NCBI GenBank assembly: GCA_001784175.1
Contig: MFPR01000028.1
Span: 163,955-227,954 of the forward strand
DNA: 64,000 bases
Origin: Candidatus Lindowbacteria bacterium RIFCSPLOWO2_12_FULL_62_27
Lineage (GTDB): Bacteria; Lindowbacteria; 2-12-FULL-62-27
Reading direction: 5' to 3'
The notes under the pieces are model-generated. The model saw only the letters and a list, made by a program, of their open reading frames with translations, ran no database searches and was not told the DNA's origin. Made by a program: the position numbers and the translations under genes. Below are positions 37,803-46,776 of this stretch, one piece after another; the first letter of the stretch is position 1, and every line of letters begins with the position of its first letter.

Positions 37803-40800
37803 TGGCCCTGCTGCGAGTCCTGATGGCGTCGATTGCGGTCGCGTTCGTGTTCATGACTGCGTTCGTCGGCGCGCCCGTTTGGGCGGATGACACGGCGAGC
37901 CTGTTCGGCCCGGTGCAGAAGACGACGCCGGGCGGGATGGGCCTGACGGCGACGGTGGCCGACGGCGTCGCGGTCACGACGCCGACGCAGGCGGGCGCGT
38001 ACTACTTCAAGATCAGCACAACGCTTGATTCGACCTACGCCCTGCGCACGGCGCTCAGTTCCTACGCCGCGCGCGTGGACACGATTCCGTACATCCGGCG
38101 GGTCGACACGATCTACAGCGACACGATCGGCCTCACGAGCGAGAACGTCGCGAGCGATCCGCTCAAGGACACGGGGCGGACCATCTTCAAGGGCGACACC
38201 GCGACCTACATCCTGGCGCTGACGAACCTCGGCAACTCGACCGATTCGATCGGCCTCGTGATCGACACCGCCACCGTCGACAGCTACGCCGGCGTGAACT
38301 TCGACACGATCCCGAACTGGTCCGCGCACTACTACGACTCGCGCGGCGTCCTCATCGGCAAGGCCTCCGGCCTGGACCGCGACACGGTCTTCATCCGCCT
38401 GTCGGCCGGCAAGTCGGAGACGGTCACGGTCAGGATCTACAGCGACTCGGCCGCCTGGGACACATCGTCCATTCAGCTTACGCTCGGGGCGTTTGCGGCG
38501 AACGGCAACCGGTACAAGTTCGCGGTTCGGGCCTACCGCGGATTCACGGGCGACACGTTCGGCGGGGATGGGCACGACTCGATCACGCTGTATGTGAAAC
38601 TCAAGGCGACGACGGTCCTGCGCGTCGCCCGCGCCGACACGGCGCTGTCCGTGTCGCTCGGCAGTCACGCGTCGGACGCGAACATCACCGACACGCAGCA
38701 TTTCGTGCCGGGCGCGATCGTGGTGCGGACGATCTGGTTTGACAACGACGACAGCTCGCCGGTCGACACGCAGGTGGTGGTCGAAGACTGGATCGACACG
38801 CGGTTCCTGCAGTTCAGCAGCGCCGGCGCCGGGGCCTTGGGCGCGGGCCAGACCGCCGCGTCGGGCGCGCTCGTCGCCGGCCAGTACGGAAACATCTTCG
38901 TCGACAGCGGCATGCCGAACAACATGACCGGCGCCACTCAGATCGACGTCCGCGTTGAATATCTAACCGGCGCCGGCTGGACGCAGCTTACGCAGGCGAT
39001 TCCGGCGTCGAGCGTCGGGCGGCTGCGCTGGACGATCACGCGCGTCGCCGGGACGGGGGCGCTGGTCGGCGCGACGAACGGCGACGGCGCGCTGGCGATC
39101 GATGCGGCGCCGGCGGCCTTCGGCGCGGCCACCGATTCCGACATGGGGTACGTCCGGTACTCGGTCGTGATCCGGAGCGACAGCAGCGCGGCGAAGGGTC
39201 CGGGGCGGCCGGAGTCGGGGGTTCTCGTCGGCATCAATCCGTCGGCCGCCGGGTTCGACTCGGCCTTCATCGAGCCTGACACGAAGGGTCTGAGCGCGCG
39301 GACAACCTTTGTGTCCGCACTGCTCGCCGAGTATCTGCCGAACGTCGACATCGTGCCGGAGACGCTGTCGGCCCAGAAGATCCAGCAGACCGCCGGCGAC
39401 ACGTTCTACTTCCCGCACCGGATTGGCAGCCACGGCAACGCGCCCGACAGCTTCGCGGTGAGCGGCACGACCACGATCGACGCCATCGGCGGCCGGGTCA
39501 CGTTCCTGCTTGACATCGGCAACGCCGGGTCGTTTGACGGATTCGAGCCGAAGCTCGATACCTTCACGCTCAACGGGTCGATGACCGACTCGAAGGACGT
39601 CCTGGTCGCCGTGTTTGTGCCCGCGGGATACTCCGGCCATGACACCGCCTATCTGCGGGTGGCGTCGGTCCGGAACCGCGCGTTCTACGACACGGGCACG
39701 GACGTGTTCCGGGTGGTCGGCGCATCGCAGGTGGCGCCGGACACGGCCCAGCCGCAGACGGTGGGATCGGGCGATTCGGTCTCGTTCACGTTCTTCCTGA
39801 ACGTTCCGCCGACGGAGGACACGATCATCCTCGTTCTGGATTCGCCGCCGCTTGGCGGCCCGGCAGCCGACTCGGTCGTCATCACGATTACCGAGTCCGG
39901 TACCGTGAAAGTGTCGGACAGTTCGGTCACGGTGACGCTCGATACGACCACCGGCCAGCTCACGATCACGTTCACGGAAACGCCGCGGTCCGACACGTAC
40001 GTGTGGCAGGTGACGGTCCAGGAGACGGACAGCGGCTCGATCAAGGTCACGTTCAGTGACAGCGGCCAGTTCATCATCGACACCGTGCCGCCGTTCGTCA
40101 CGGACACGAACCCGGCCCGGCTGTTCATTGTGGACACCACGCTGGTGGGCGCCGAGACGACGATCAGCATCCGGATCATGGATACGGCCCTCGGCGACAC
40201 GACGACCGGGATCGATTCGCTCGTCATCACGATCCTTGACACGGCCGGCACGGTGGTCCGGGTCGACACGATCGACGCCTACACGCTGTATCAGTTCCCG
40301 TTCGACACGAGCGGCGCCTTTACCGTGCAGGTCGTCGCGATCGACAACGCCGGCAACACCGTGGCCCTGCCCGACTCGCTGCCGGTCGTGATCCCGGTCA
40401 AGCGCGTGATCGACCTCGTGGCCGCCGACAAGTTCAGCGCGGAGGAGAAGGACGACGTGGCGAAGGGCCTGACGGCGCAGGGGATTGTGCGGGTGAAGGA
40501 TCCGGGCGCGAACAAGGACGGGACGAGCTTCGACCGGATCGAAGTCACCATCCTCTCGGACGCCGACCTCATCGGATTCACGCTGCAGCTCGACGAGACG
40601 TCGATCAACAGCGGGATGTTCCAGGGGACGCTTGGATTCACCAACGGCGTCACCAACGCCAACGCGAAGAAGATCAAGGTCCGCGACGGCAGCGTCATCA
40701 CCGCCAAGTATGACGCGGATGGCAGCGCCGGGCCGGTCGTGTTCATCGCGGACCAGATCGCGTGGCAGGGCGAGGTCATCAAGGATCTGGACCGCGTGCG

Positions 40801-41077
40801 GACGTGGCCCAATCCGTACAACCAGTTGACCGATCCGTGCGCCTACTTCCACAACCTCCCGTCGGATCCGCACATGACGATCGAGCTCTACAACCTGAAC
40901 GGCGAGATCGTCATGACGCTGCGGGTCGGCCAGGAGATCACCCACTCGGCGAACCAGAACCTCGGATGCTGGGACGGTCGGAACAGCCGCGGCCAGATGG
41001 TGTCCAGCGGCACGTACATTTACCTCGTGCGGTCGAGCGCCGGCACGAAGGTCGGAAAGATGACGATAGTGCACTAA
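37799..41077 (+). CDS. Large secreted DT-rich protein: DUF11-like module, Ig-like repeats, C-terminal T9SS-CTD/FlgD-like domain (paralog 3)
   Basis: Signal peptide PVWA; internal PGAIVVRTIWFDND..RYSVVIR; C-terminal WPNPY..IELYNLNGE..WDGRN..G..VSSGTYIY. Confidence 0.85.
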   Translation: MMALLRVLMASIAVAFVFMTAFVGAPVWADDTASLFGPVQKTTPGGMGLTATVADGVAVTTPTQAGAYYFKISTTLDSTYALRTALSSYAARVDTIPYIRRVDTIYSDTIGLTSENVASDPLKDTGRTIFKGDTATYILALTNLGNSTDSIGLVIDTATVDSYAGVNFDTIPNWSAHYYDSRGVLIGKASGLDRDTVFIRLSAGKSETVTVRIYSDSAAWDTSSIQLTLGAFAANGNRYKFAVRAYRGFTGDTFGGDGHDSITLYVKLKATTVLRVARADTALSVSLGSHASDANITDTQHFVPGAIVVRTIWFDNDDSSPVDTQVVVEDWIDTRFLQFSSAGAGALGAGQTAASGALVAGQYGNIFVDSGMPNNMTGATQIDVRVEYLTGAGWTQLTQAIPASSVGRLRWTITRVAGTGALVGATNGDGALAIDAAPAAFGAATDSDMGYVRYSVVIRSDSSAAKGPGRPESGVLVGINPSAAGFDSAFIEPDTKGLSARTTFVSALLAEYLPNVDIVPETLSAQKIQQTAGDTFYFPHRIGSHGNAPDSFAVSGTTTIDAIGGRVTFLLDIGNAGSFDGFEPKLDTFTLNGSMTDSKDVLVAVFVPAGYSGHDTAYLRVASVRNRAFYDTGTDVFRVVGASQVAPDTAQPQTVGSGDSVSFTFFLNVPPTEDTIILVLDSPPLGGPAADSVVITITESGTVKVSDSSVTVTLDTTTGQLTITFTETPRSDTYVWQVTVQETDSGSIKVTFSDSGQFIIDTVPPFVTDTNPARLFIVDTTLVGAETTISIRIMDTALGDTTTGIDSLVITILDTAGTVVRVDTIDAYTLYQFPFDTSGAFTVQVVAIDNAGNTVALPDSLPVVIPVKRVIDLVAADKFSAEEKDDVAKGLTAQGIVRVKDPGANKDGTSFDRIEVTILSDADLIGFTLQLDETSINSGMFQGTLGFTNGVTNANAKKIKVRDGSVITAKYDADGSAGPVVFIADQIAWQGEVIKDLDRVRTWPNPYNQLTDPCAYFHNLPSDPHMTIELYNLNGEIVMTLRVGQEITHSANQNLGCWDGRNSRGQMVSSGTYIYLVRSSAGTKVGKMTIVH

Positions 41078-41130
41078 TGCCCGCTTGGAGCGGGATAGAT
41101 CGGGCCAGGAAAACGAAAGAGGTGATGTGT

Positions 41131-42636
41131 ATGAACCAGGGGAAGAAGTTGAAAGGGGCACTGAGGGAGTACGGCCTGCTGTGGACGTACTATCTCCTTG
41201 TATTAACAGTGCTGATTGTCGCGTCGCGGCCGGCGATGGGGGCGTCGACCGGCACGACGGGCGCGCCGTTTCTGAAGATTTCGGTCGGGTCCCGGCCGGC
41301 GGCGATGGGGTCGGCCTACACGGCCGTGGCGGAGGAGCCGTATGCGCTCCATTACAACCCCGCGTCGATCGGCCACATGGACCGGTGGGACCTGTCGGCC
41401 ATGCACCAGGACCAGTTCGGCGAGGTGAGCTTCGACTATTTCGGGCTTGCCGCGCCCGCGATCAAGAACCGTTCCGGCTGGGGGATGTCGTTCGTCCGCA
41501 TGGCGGTGGACGACTTCTCCCGGACGGAACTGGACGACGGCGTCAAGTTCACGAACGCGGACATGGCGCTGACGGCGACGTATGCGCACCGGATCTTCAA
41601 GCCGCTCAGCTTGGGCGTGAGCGGCAAGCTGATCAAGCAGACGCTGGCGCAGTACACGGCGAACGGCTGGGCCGTGGATTTTGGAGCGCATCTCAAAGTG
41701 AACCCGCGCCTGTCCCTGGGCGCGTCCATTATGAATATCGGCCCCGACATCACCTTCATCGCGATCGGCGATCCCCTGCCGACGACCCTCCGCGCGGGCG
41801 GCGCATTGAAGCTCCTGCCGCGGGGAAACCTCCTGGCCACGATGGATTACTGGATGCCGAAAGACGACGCGAAGGGATTCGGCATGGGCGTCGAGTATCG
41901 TCCGAGCCGGTTTCTGGCGTTTCGCGGCGGCTATCAACTTGGCACGTCGTTCCGCGGATTCAACGCGTCCTCTTTTGGATTGACCTTTGATTTTGACAAT
42001 TTCGGAATCGAATACGCGTTTGTTCCGCGCGAGAAGCTGGGCGACGTGCATCGCGCGGGTCTGAACGTTTCGTTTGGCGGGAAGAAGCCGGAAGTCATCG
42101 CGCAGCGGAAGCGGGATGTGCGCCGGAAGGAAACCGTGCGGCGCCCGCAGCGCGAGCCGGCCGTTCAGTCGGTGTCGGTGCGCGCGGAGAAAGCGCCGGC
42201 GCCGAGCGTGCCGGTGGCGGCGCCGGTGGCCGCGCCGGTTGAGCAAGAGGTACCGGCGTGGAAGAGCGTGCTGGCGGAGAGCGGAGAAGGAACGTGGGCG
42301 GTGGCGGCGCAAGAGGAAAGATCGGCGAAGGAATCAGCGCCGGCAGAGGCGCCTGTCTCACCGGCGCCGGCGCAGGAGGAAAGGCCGGCATCGGCGTCCA
42401 CGGAAGCGATCGTTCAGGAGAAACTCTCGATCGCATCAGGGCTGCTCCGGGATCAGCGGTATGAAGAGGCGGTGGCGATCATTCGCAGCGGACTGAAGGA
42501 AGATCCTCGGAACGTCCCGCTCTGGTACCTGCTGTCGGAGAGTCTGTACAAAATCGGCGAGTATGACGAGGCGATGGAAGCGGTGAACAGGGCGCTGACC
42601 CTGATTCACAGCGGACGGGGTGGCATAGCTCCATAA
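41131..42636 (+). CDS. PorV/PorQ-like outer-membrane barrel with C-terminal TPR
   Basis: APFLKISVGSRPAAMGSAYTAVAE..ALHYNPA N-terminal motif; barrel strands; Pro/Ala linker; TPR. Confidence 0.8.
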   Translation: MNQGKKLKGALREYGLLWTYYLLVLTVLIVASRPAMGASTGTTGAPFLKISVGSRPAAMGSAYTAVAEEPYALHYNPASIGHMDRWDLSAMHQDQFGEVSFDYFGLAAPAIKNRSGWGMSFVRMAVDDFSRTELDDGVKFTNADMALTATYAHRIFKPLSLGVSGKLIKQTLAQYTANGWAVDFGAHLKVNPRLSLGASIMNIGPDITFIAIGDPLPTTLRAGGALKLLPRGNLLATMDYWMPKDDAKGFGMGVEYRPSRFLAFRGGYQLGTSFRGFNASSFGLTFDFDNFGIEYAFVPREKLGDVHRAGLNVSFGGKKPEVIAQRKRDVRRKETVRRPQREPAVQSVSVRAEKAPAPSVPVAAPVAAPVEQEVPAWKSVLAESGEGTWAVAAQEERSAKESAPAEAPVSPAPAQEERPASASTEAIVQEKLSIASGLLRDQRYEEAVAIIRSGLKEDPRNVPLWYLLSESLYKIGEYDEAMEAVNRALTLIHSGRGGIAP

Positions 42637-42914
42637 GCTCAAGAGTTCAGAACTAAGTACTCGAAGCTTTCTTCGAAGAGAAGAAAGATCGCGGAAAAAA
42701 ACGTTTTCGATGAGGTGGGTCATAAAGAAGCAGGGGTGGGTAAAAAAGATGAAGTGGGACCAGTAGAAAGTGGGAAATTCGTAAGGAGGTGGTGGATCAA
42801 GGGTAAGTGAGGTTCGGTAGAGTGGGTTCCAGAAAAAGGCGGTAAGCTGATCTTCAGGAAAAAAGCAACTTCCTGAAGGCGTGGTAATTATATCCCATCT
42901 GTCAAAGATTTTCA

Positions 42915-42943
42915 TTGACAGAGGCTGTTTCCAACTGTATAAT
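42915..42943 (+). promoter_or_regulatory. Consensus sigma70 promoter
   Basis: TTGACA(42915-42920)-17 bp-TATAAT(42938-42943), a perfect match. Confidence 0.85.
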
Positions 42944-43325
42944 TTGGGAACGGGATACGATTATAGGCACATAAGGCTGAAAAGTGAATTTCAGCCCGAA
43001 AGTTAAAAAATTTTTTGGAGCGAAACGTCATGATCGAAATGAAAACAGAAGTCGAAAGTCAAACAGATACGAACGAGGTCGAAGCGGTTGTTCAGGATCG
43101 TCGCACCGTTTTGGCGCAGGCCATCGGGCGCACTACGGCCGGCCCGGCCTGCGATAAACCCGCAAGACCGAGTTCAACCACAGCGTGTGGCTATGCTCTA
43201 CGCTCAAACACGCAGGGCGACCCTCCGATGGCCCGGAGCGAGATGGTTCCAACCCATCCGGATTGCCTTATGAAGGGTAACTGAAGCAACGGCGGAAACG
43301 CCGAACAAAGAAGGAGGTCAACACG

Positions 43326-44948
43326 GTGGGGTGTTGGCGGAACAAGGTGGGGTTGAATTTCATAGTGGGGCTCGTTCTGGCCACGATGATCGTGTGCCCG
43401 GCCGAGGCCTATCCGCCGAACCAGACGGACACGTGGGCGGGCGCCACGAACATGGATTCGTCCATCATCAACGGCGTGCCCGCGGATCTGAACACATCGG
43501 CCGACAGTCTTCCCGGGCGATTGTTTGTGGGTTACACGAAAGGCAACGGCGTGCGGACGAGCGCCGCGCAGGCGGGAACGCAGAGCGACACGTATGTGTC
43601 CGACACGGTGCTGGGCGTTCCAACGGCCGAGCTGACGATCGAATGCATCTACGACGTGGACAGCCGAAGCCGGCAGATCCTGCCGGGTCTGGAGGGATTT
43701 GGCGGGTTTTCCGGCGTATCGGGCGAAACGTACCCGCGGTGGCCGCTCCCGCTCGAAAGCGGGGACACCGTTCCCGTGGTGGACAGTCTCGCGATCGTGA
43801 TGCTGGAGACCAACGACACTGCGGCCGTTCTCATCAACATATACAACACGAGCAACTATTCGTGTTCCTTCGTCATCCTCATTAATTTCCCCGACACGGA
43901 TTTTCACGTTGGCCGGCCTCCGACCGGCGGGACCTACGACAGCGAGGAGGCGGTTTTGCTGGACAAGTTCATCGTGGGCTTGGGCGTGAATCCGGAGACG
44001 GGCGTGGGTCCCAACGGCCGGGTCGACAACATCACGACGGCGAGCAACGGCGGCTCGCCCGTCGTGGCGTATCCGCACGTGTTGAGCGTTCTGATCGCCG
44101 AGGAGGCCGAGACGTCCTTTTATCTGCGAATCGCCTCGGACACCAACGCCTTCGCGCGGGATTCGCTGTGCATCACGGTCTTGTGCATCGGCGACAGCGA
44201 GTACAACAGCGTGGCGTACGGCGGCCGGCGGCACACGCGGATCTGGGACGACAGCGGGTACTTCGGCGACAACGACTCGCACTATGGCCGGGGCAGCTCG
44301 CAGGATTCGGTGTCGATCTGGGTCCTGGTGGCGACCGCGGTGGTGCGCGTGAAGAAGACCGACTCGATCTTCGCGCCCATCGGCTACCGGATGGCGGTGC
44401 AGGGCGGCGCGGGGACCGACACGAACGCGCGCGCGCGGGACACGGTGCCGGGCGCGACGATCGTGTACGAGATCACGTACGACAACGACGGCAACCGGCG
44501 CGCCGACAGCATCTTGATCATCGATTTTCTGGACAGCAACGTCGATTACAACGTGGGCCCCTTCTACAACGCCAACGGCAGCGACTCGTTCTACTCGACG
44601 AACGGCGTCGACACCCGGATGACGCATGCGCGGTGGATGGCGGACAACGTCGACACGCAGGTGATCGTGGAGTTCAGCCGGCGGAACGCCATGGACGAGT
44701 TCATTCAGGAAACGACGATGCTGGTCCAGTCGACCGACTCGATCATGGACTCGGTGGCGGGCATCCGGATCCGGTGGTCCGTGGCGACGCTGAACGGATC
44801 GCTCAAGCGGGACCAGGCGGACGACGGCTCGTATTCGGGATCGGTCCTGGACGATCTGACGACGGTGGACGGTTGTGCGATCACGACGGCGGCGTCGAGC
44901 GACAGCGGCGACTGCGGCCGGATCCGGTTTTCGGTGGTGATCCGGTAA
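43326..44948 (+). CDS. Secreted DT-rich DUF11-like protein (paralog 4)
   Basis: AAGGAGG then GTG; signal peptide PAEA; colinear homolog of 33486; ends RFSVVIR. Confidence 0.85.
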   Translation: MGCWRNKVGLNFIVGLVLATMIVCPAEAYPPNQTDTWAGATNMDSSIINGVPADLNTSADSLPGRLFVGYTKGNGVRTSAAQAGTQSDTYVSDTVLGVPTAELTIECIYDVDSRSRQILPGLEGFGGFSGVSGETYPRWPLPLESGDTVPVVDSLAIVMLETNDTAAVLINIYNTSNYSCSFVILINFPDTDFHVGRPPTGGTYDSEEAVLLDKFIVGLGVNPETGVGPNGRVDNITTASNGGSPVVAYPHVLSVLIAEEAETSFYLRIASDTNAFARDSLCITVLCIGDSEYNSVAYGGRRHTRIWDDSGYFGDNDSHYGRGSSQDSVSIWVLVATAVVRVKKTDSIFAPIGYRMAVQGGAGTDTNARARDTVPGATIVYEITYDNDGNRRADSILIIDFLDSNVDYNVGPFYNANGSDSFYSTNGVDTRMTHARWMADNVDTQVIVEFSRRNAMDEFIQETTMLVQSTDSIMDSVAGIRIRWSVATLNGSLKRDQADDGSYSGSVLDDLTTVDGCAITTAASSDSGDCGRIRFSVVIR

Positions 44949-45132
44949 TGGCCTCATCTGAAACGGTGGAAGGAATTCTGAGCGGCACAGGAGTCACCGC
45001 AACAATGGGTCTCACACCCTCTCCCTCTCTGCGAATGAAGAGAGAGGTTGAGGGTGGAGGACTTTTCGATAGATCGAAATGGGTTACGGCGATTTTCGCC
45101 GTAGCAGAAGTCTGAATCAGGGGGTTAGAGGT

Positions 45133-46776
45133 ATGAAACCGATTGTAAAAGGGTTGATTTTGGCGGCGTTTCTTGCGGGGGTTTTGGCGGCGTTCATGGC
45201 CACACCGGCCATGGCATGGTATGACGCTGACACGGCATCCCGTGTGGACACTTCGTATACCGCCACGGACATCGACACGAGCATTATCAACGGTATCCCC
45301 GGTGACGGTCTGGAAGGCACCGATGATACACAGGCCGGACGTTTGTGGGTTCGCTATGTCAAGACCAATGGGCAGTTGACCAGCGCCCAGAAGACGAGTA
45401 CGCAGTATGACACGTACACGTCCGACACGGTGCTGGGCGTGCCGACGGGCATGCTGAGCATTCTGTGGGCCTATGACAACGACAGCCGACAGCGACAGTT
45501 CGCTCCGCCTTTGGAGGGCTTTACCGGCTGGGTCGGCAACAACACGAAGATGGAGAAACTGCCGCGTGACACGCAGTGGGGGCTGCCGGAGAGCGGCGAA
45601 ACCGTGCCGTTGGATGACCAACTCTGCTTTTTGGTCATTGAAACCGCCGACACCGGGTCCGTCAAGCTCAACATTGTCAACACCAGCAACTACGCCTGTT
45701 CGTTCGTCCTGCTGGTCAACTTCCCGGACACCGATTTCAACGTAGGCCAGGTTCCGCAGGGCGCCACATGGGGCACAGAGGGATCGAGCCTTCGGGACCG
45801 GTTTCTCGTCAGCATCGGCGAGAGTGCCGACACCAGCTTGGGCCTGAACGGCGCTTCCCGGGACACCATCTCGACGGAAGGGACCGTCGTGCGGGTCCAG
45901 CCCCACATTCTCGGCGCGCTCCTGGCGGAAGAAGCGGAGACGCAACTCTGGTTGCGATTCGCCGCTGACACGACCGCCAGCGCCCGGGATTCGCTCAGCA
46001 TCACCGTCCAGCTCATTGGTGACACGGAATATGGCGGCGTTCAGTGGGGCACGCTTCGCCACACCCGGATCTGGCACGACAGCGGGTACTACGGCGACAA
46101 CGACACCCACTACGGCGAGGGCGGTTCCTCGGACTCGGTGTCGGTTTTTGTGTTGGTGGCGACCGCGATCGTGCGTGTCAAGAAGACCGACACGGTCTTC
46201 GCCCCGACGAGTTACGTTCGTGCCACCGCGGCCGCAATCTTCGGAGACACGACCTCGCGCGAGCACGACACCGTGCCGGGTGCGACGATCCTTTACGAGA
46301 TCACCTATGACAACGATGGAAACCGCCGAGCGGACACCATCGACATCATAGACTTTCTCGACAGTAACGTCGACTTCAAGATCGACACGTTCAACGACCG
46401 GTGGGATTCGTCGTATTTCAACACCGGCGTGGACACGCGTATGACGCATGCGCGGCCCCGCAACAAGGACACGCTTGTTTACGTTTCGTTCAGTTTGCGC
46501 GGCACGCCGTCTGTGTTCGGCGAAACGCAGGTCAACTTTAACGCGATTGGCAACGGGAAATCCACCGTTGAGACGATCGCGGCCGTTCGGATTCGATGGA
46601 GCCCATCGGCGAACAACGACGGGTCCCTCAGGCGCGACCAGGTTGACGAGCCGGGGGGCAACTCGGCCGCCACGTGGGATCCGCTCGACAGGGTGGAGAG
46701 CTGCACCATTTTGACCAGCGCCAACAGCGACAGCGGCGACTGCGGCCGGATCCGGTTCGCGGTGGTGATTCGGTAA
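45133..46776 (+). CDS. Secreted DT-rich DUF11-like protein (paralog 5, near-duplicate of 33486)
   Basis: Signal peptide PAMA; long DNA blocks nearly identical to 33486-35132; ends RFAVVIR. Confidence 0.88.
   Translation: MKPIVKGLILAAFLAGVLAAFMATPAMAWYDADTASRVDTSYTATDIDTSIINGIPGDGLEGTDDTQAGRLWVRYVKTNGQLTSAQKTSTQYDTYTSDTVLGVPTGMLSILWAYDNDSRQRQFAPPLEGFTGWVGNNTKMEKLPRDTQWGLPESGETVPLDDQLCFLVIETADTGSVKLNIVNTSNYACSFVLLVNFPDTDFNVGQVPQGATWGTEGSSLRDRFLVSIGESADTSLGLNGASRDTISTEGTVVRVQPHILGALLAEEAETQLWLRFAADTTASARDSLSITVQLIGDTEYGGVQWGTLRHTRIWHDSGYYGDNDTHYGEGGSSDSVSVFVLVATAIVRVKKTDTVFAPTSYVRATAAAIFGDTTSREHDTVPGATILYEITYDNDGNRRADTIDIIDFLDSNVDFKIDTFNDRWDSSYFNTGVDTRMTHARPRNKDTLVYVSFSLRGTPSVFGETQVNFNAIGNGKSTVETIAAVRIRWSPSANNDGSLRRDQVDEPGGNSAATWDPLDRVESCTILTSANSDSGDCGRIRFAVVIR

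Noticed and set aside
42700-42840. CRISPR array suggested by recurring GTGGG words
   Set aside because: Repeats are only 5-9 nt with irregular spacing, and no cas genes are present.
42436-42915. 159-aa minus-strand ORF
   Set aside because: Phe/Pro-rich product of the purine-rich spacer; it overlaps the PorV-like gene and starts inside the -35 box.
33346-43261. Extra duplexes 33346-55/43089-98 (10 bp) and 33447-55/43253-61 (9 bp)
   Set aside because: Perfectly complementary, but they conflict with the nested set; left out of the model as chance matches or alternative conformers until tested.
43015-43284. 89-aa ORF between the consensus promoter and paralog 4
   Set aside because: It has a possible GGAG RBS but no recognisable domain, and it overlaps stems shared with the non-coding spacer; not called, though a leader peptide cannot be excluded.
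33486-46776. Diversity-generating retroelement explaining the paralog differences
   Set aside because: No reverse transcriptase in the window and the differences are not adenine-specific.
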